From Paramecium tetraurelia (lineage: Eukaryota): a stretch of DNA of 64,000 nucleotides. The notes below the pieces were generated by a model, which saw only the letters and a program-made list of their open reading frames with translations, was not told the origin of the DNA and made no database searches. The number at the start of each line of letters is the position of its first letter. Position 1 is the first letter of the stretch. Of the stretch, positions 57,717 to 64,000 are shown piece by piece. The DNA lies in NCBI GenBank assembly GCA_000165425.1, contig CT868330.1, positions 248,001 to 312,000 on the forward strand, written 5' to 3'. The translations under genes were made by a program, and so were the position numbers.

Positions 57717-59660
57717 ATGAAACAAAATAAATTATAGAAAATCCAGCGTTAAATTAAAAAAATAGATATTTTTGCATCACCTGTTGAACTAATGATTTAA
57801 AAGAAACGTTTGCATTAATCCTTCTTTGGAGCAATAATGACACTATTAATGTTTGGGTGCATAATAACATATATCGTTAACAAATTTGTATAACTAGGGA
57901 TGAGAAAGGAATTCTAAACTCTGTATTCAGAAATTTATTATGAAGAGATACCAGTATATCCATTGATTTCTCAAAATTTCACTTTACAATTCGCATTTCA
58001 GAACTACAATTAGAAGAACTACATAGACGAATCAGTTTATAGTGTCAATGCATTTATGGTTAATAGAGTTTAAAGAACGTATGATTTAATATAGATAGCA
58101 GAGTGAATAATAAAACAACTTAAGATGTCAAAAAAACAGAGATACCCCTAAGTAAATGCGCTAAGATTGGAATAACTTTCGAGGAAATTGAGGAGTAATT
58201 AGATAATGTGGATTTCAATAATACGTATTGCATAGACTGGGAGAAAATTTCAGAGTTTAAGTTTGACTGGTACTCCTGACTAGGATAACTACACTTATAT
58301 ATACGTAAATTTCCAAATTTGCGTGAATGATACAACCAATAGTAGTTTTTATTATATAAATAGGCGAGAGTGTGATATGTAAGTCGAGGGAAGAAATTCA
58401 AGAAAAATTAAGGAGGAATTACATTTAATTTCAGATATCCTCATACAATATTGATTTGAGGAATTATCAATAGCCAAATGTTCCGAAGGTTGAAGAAATC
58501 TAAACAACGATATCAAGTTAAGTGATGAAAGACATTACTTTATTTATGCAACCAATTACTACATTGACTGAAGATGGATTGTTGGATGAATTGATTCGAA
58601 AAGATGCTAATATAAGGTATTAAAAAAGTTAAGAGATTATTGACTTTAATAGTGATGAATCCTTGGCAACGGTTTACATTAGATTAGCAAATACTGAGAA
58701 TGTTAGTTATAGAATATATCCAAAATTATAAGATATCTTGGCTTAAGCAGGTGGTTTATGGGAGTTGTTGTTGCTTGCCTTTTCGATTATTGTAAAACCC
58801 TTTTCTCAAATGTCATTCAAAATGGAAATCATAAATAGTTTATTCAATTTCGAAGGCCAAAAACTAATAGATCAAGATGAATCTGAAAATAAACATAAAC
58901 GATTTGATAAACTCAATGGATTTTAAGAGAATATTTAAACAAATGAGAATGATGTTTCAGTAATGTTAAACTCATTGAAATCAAAAGCAAGTTCAAGATT
59001 TCCAAGAGGAAGAGCAAAATTGAAAACTGTTAAAGTAGATGGAATCAACTCTGCTTAAACTGAAAAATCCTCTTAAGTATTTACTAACTCTCCTGGAAAT
59101 GAAAAAATACTTAAGAAAGGAATTAATGTTGCCTTCAGAAAGTTCTTTAATGTTGCAACACTTAAATTATAATTTAATCCCTTAGATTATTTTAGATATA
59201 TGAAGTGTGGGTAATAATGTCATCAATATTTTAAAGAAAGAAGGAAGGAAAGTATAAACAATTAAGTTATTCAATCTAAAAATTAGATAAGTGTCTTGAT
59301 ATCCTTTTTATTATCGACAAGTTACAAGAAATAGATAAATTAAAAATGATCTTGTTATCGAAAGAGTAAGTGCAACTGTTTGATTTCCTCCCTAAGCCAT
59401 TAATTTGTCTAGATCCCTCAAATCAATAATTAAGTGAGAATTATCAGTACTCCTCATTACTAAAACCCTATAAGGGACTAAAAGAAAAATCATTAGAAGC
59501 TCAATAAGTACTGGATTAATTACTTGAAAATTTAGAAGATCCCATTACTAATAAACTTATTTCTTTGATGGATCCAAATTTAATAAAATTGTTATAGATA
59601 CAGCATGAATTAAAAAAGAAGCAAAGTCCAAATCTATTAATTAATGAATTTGTTGAGTGA
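57717..59660 (+). CDS. Uncharacterised two-transmembrane protein (paralog of 52123-53820)
   Basis: KIDIFASPVELMI...HQSFFGAIMTLLMFG (TM1), Cys-containing loop, RIYPKLQDILAQAGGLWELLL (TM2), tail LDILFIIDKLQEIDKLKMILL..QVQLFDFLPKP. Confidence 0.75.
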
Positions 59661-59760
59661 TAATTGAATTATATTAATATATTGATTAGAATTCTTATTA
59701 ATCAGAAGTAATGAAGAATATAATATATATATATTTTTTGCTACTAATAATAAATAATCC

Positions 59761-62095
59761 TCAAAGGTGATTCATCATAACAGTGGTGTAACAAATCATG
59801 AACTCCTCAACATTCAAACCCTTCTCTTAAGCACCTACCATATCAAGCAACATCAATAATCTCTTGATTGGAATGTCCTTGATTTAAGTAGCAATCGTAT
59901 TGACTGACTATTCCTACTATTAAGATAATTAAATTTTGTTTGAAGATTAAGGTGAAGTGGTCAAGTAATCTTTGATAACCAAATTGATTTCATCAGGCTT
60001 GATCAGATTAGGAACTTTAAAGGCAACATTGAAACAAGAGACTACTTCCAATTATTTCATTATTTGATATTGTGATGTTGTGCCTATAATAAGGAGTCTA
60101 CATTAAGACTAAAATGATTAATACAATATATCTTACTTTATCTGGTAGTCTCTTGATTAATACTAATAGAGCCTATAAGATAGCATTGGAGAATCTGGGA
60201 CCGATATCTACGTATTCAATGAGTCTTTCAATGTTGTCAATCAAAATGCATGAAAGTGATGATTTGTATGCATCATTGAAGATTCTAACCATCTGATTGA
60301 TGATAGCACCTTCAGTTAAACCGATGAATGTTTCAGGAGATATTAACTTAACATATGGGAATCCACATTCAACTGCCAACCATGCTGCTACACTTGTTTT
60401 GCCTGAACCTTGTTCTCCTTCCAATAAAACAGAATTCAATTGAGAATTCTTACCAAATCTAGTTTAATCAATAGTATTTTTTAGGATTTTTTGAAGTTTT
60501 CTGAATTCTTCACCAAAATCGATTAATCTATTTTTGAGTAGCAAATCAAATTTATTTGTATCAATACCAAATTAAGGTTTGACTTCATCTAAGGCATTCA
60601 TGAAATCACATCTTCTGACTTGAAGTTCGTCTTATTTAGTTAATTTCTTTTAGAAATCAAAAATACTCTACATTCTCTAAAATGCAAAGGAGGATGCAGA
60701 TTTCACTACAGCTTCGATTTCAGCCCCTGTATAATTCTTAGTAATTTAAGCTAACTCTTCTAAATTCACATCTTTATCGAGGGCATTATTCTTTTTGAGA
60801 TTATCAGTATGAATGTTTAAAATCTATTATCTACCTTATTCATCCGGCAATCCAACCTCAATATGTACTTCAAATCTTCCTGGTCTTAGAACAGCCTCAT
60901 CAATTAAGTCTTTTCTATTAGTCATACCAATGACCAATATATTGTTAAGAGAATTGACTCCATCAATCATGGATAACAATTGATTTACAACGTTATCATA
61001 GGCTCCTGATCCAGAGTTAATGGATCCTCTTTATTTACATATGGCATCCATTTCATCAAAGACAATGATATGCAAATCACTTTAATCACCCTTTGTCTCT
61101 TGATCTGCAATAGCCTCAGCAAATAGTTTTCTGACATTTTCTTCGGCCTCTCCTACAAATTTACTGAAAATCTCTGGTCCATTAACAATCTTTGGAGGCT
61201 TAGCCTTCAACACTTTAGCCAATTATCTTGCAATCAAGGTTTTACCAGTTCCTGGAGGACCATACAACAAGAGACCTTTGATATGCTTGATACCATATTT
61301 TTCAAGGAAGGCTTATGGGAATCTTCTTGATGAGAATGCTCTTCTAAATATGTTTGCCAATTCTTTATCTAAACCTCCAACTCCCAATTTATCAAATGAA
61401 AAATCTTCTCTAAATATACTAGCTGTATGTGTTGAAGCATTCTTCATTTTCAATTGGTTTACTCCTTGTCTGATACTGAATTCAACTTCAGTTTCATCAA
61501 CCAACATTCCTCCTCCCATAAATTTGACTTGCTATGATTCCACTCCCACACTCAATACATCAGTACGAGTAACCTATGAGTTATATTGGATCTACATACT
61601 TTAAATAAGTAAGTGTTGCCTTCAAACAAAAATAGCTGAATTTAACCTGCTCTGAAGAATTAACCACTATATGCTCTTTTCAAGAATGGGGCTAAGTCTT
61701 CAGAATTCAATTCAAGTCTGTCTAGAGTTCCTGATTATTAGACGATATCCAATTCAACATCAAGAACTCCCAATCTGTATTCTTTATCTTTTGGAAGTGA
61801 AAACACTGCCACGTCAATCTTATCTGTGAATGACATTCTCAGCAATTATCTTACGTATTTGCTCCCTGCAATGGAATCGTCTTTGTATCCATTTTCCTAA
61901 ACTATCTAAATACTCACTTACTCCTTGCAATTAAAAAACATAGCCATTAATCTATATAAATAAATCTCCTTAAACATTATATCTTTATTTCAATTGAGCA
62001 TGTGTATTCTTAGATGTATAAAGAAATCCTGTAAATGCCTCCTCAGTCTTATTAAGAGCCACTGGTAGTAGTTAGAATGCCTTTGCTGGAATCAT
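59761..62095 (-). CDS. NSF: N-ethylmaleimide-sensitive factor (AAA+ ATPase)
   Basis: [74 protein letters not shown]2 domain [26 protein letters not shown]. Confidence 0.97.
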
Positions 62096-62213
62096 TAATA
62101 TAATTATTATATATATTAAAACTAGTTTTGATGTATTAAAAATCAAGAATCGACAGGGTTAACCAGAATTTTATATATTAAATAATCGATAATTATCTTG
62201 ATGATATAATAGA

Positions 62214-63342
<1,129 letters not shown>

Positions 63343-63519
63343 TTTTAAAAATATTTATGTTTATTTAAAAGAAAAGATGGCATTATATTTTGTATTTGTG
63401 ATTTCCATAACAATAATTGAATTATCATGTGATACGAAAGAATCTCAGATATAAGAGGTTCATATTGTCTTGATCATATATTTGGAGGTTTAAGTTACAA
63501 AATAATAATATATTTATAA

Positions 63520-64000
63520 ATGGATTAAGACACCAAGGAAATAGATGAGGAATAGTTTAAGAAGGAATTCGAGGAGAAGGTCGAAAAACGTAAACAATGG
63601 TTATTGGAAGAATTGAAGAGCTGTGGAAAGTTTTTAGATGTTAGTGCAAAGAAATTAGATGATCTGGATGCTTTGACTGTAATGATATATATATTCAAAT
63701 TTAATTAGATTGCTCTCTTTCTTCATGAATGTCAGACAGAACTAACAGTGTTCCACATTGGAGCCAATTAAATAACTGATAGAGGATTAATTGACATGTT
63801 GACCGGATTGCAATGGCATGACAAATTAAAGGAAATCTATATTGGGAATAATGAAATTACTGAAGTAGCAAAATTGTGACCTATGTCATTAGGTTGGTGT
63901 TTAAGGTTTGATAGAGATTTCAAGTTGCTTCAAATAATTGAAAATCTTGAGTATGAGTGCTTGTTCAATTGATGATTCAACGTTCATTTAACTTTGCTTT
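63520..64000 (+). CDS. Leucine-rich repeat protein (RI-like), 3' truncated by the window edge
   Basis: LTVFHIGANQITDRGL, LKEIYIGNNEITE, FKQLKIL repeats; tiny introns. Confidence 0.7.

Overview
This is gene-dense, AT-rich eukaryotic DNA that reads as ciliate macronuclear sequence, almost certainly Paramecium. TAA and TAG encode Gln, TGA is the only stop, genes are split by tiny GT..AG introns (about 20-29 nt), and intergenic gaps are often under 100 bp. The supplied standard-code ORF track is therefore fragmented, and all gene models below come from manual translation with the ciliate code (boundaries approximate where stated). Recognisable genes: cNMP-binding protein, paraoxonase-like protein, UBA5, UPF0193/EVG1-like, a degenerate hybrid histidine kinase, TTLL6-like glutamylase, a divergent DEAD-box helicase, Rxt3-like, two Zn-finger/WD40 proteins, a 7TM(GPCR)-PIP-kinase fusion, CC2D1-like, a NEK-like pseudokinase, an NAD-dependent epimerase, two CAMK-group kinases, GOT1, NDUFS4-like, a P5B ATPase, ISWI, NSF and an LRR protein. 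The most notable items are the GPCR-PIPK fusion, two paralogous 2-TM proteins with an ENaC/ASIC-like pre-TM2 motif flanking ISWI, a histidine kinase that has lost every phosphorelay residue, and single-base insertions disrupting ISWI, the P5B ATPase and Rxt3 (probably assembly errors). I saw no RNA genes, CRISPR arrays or transposons.
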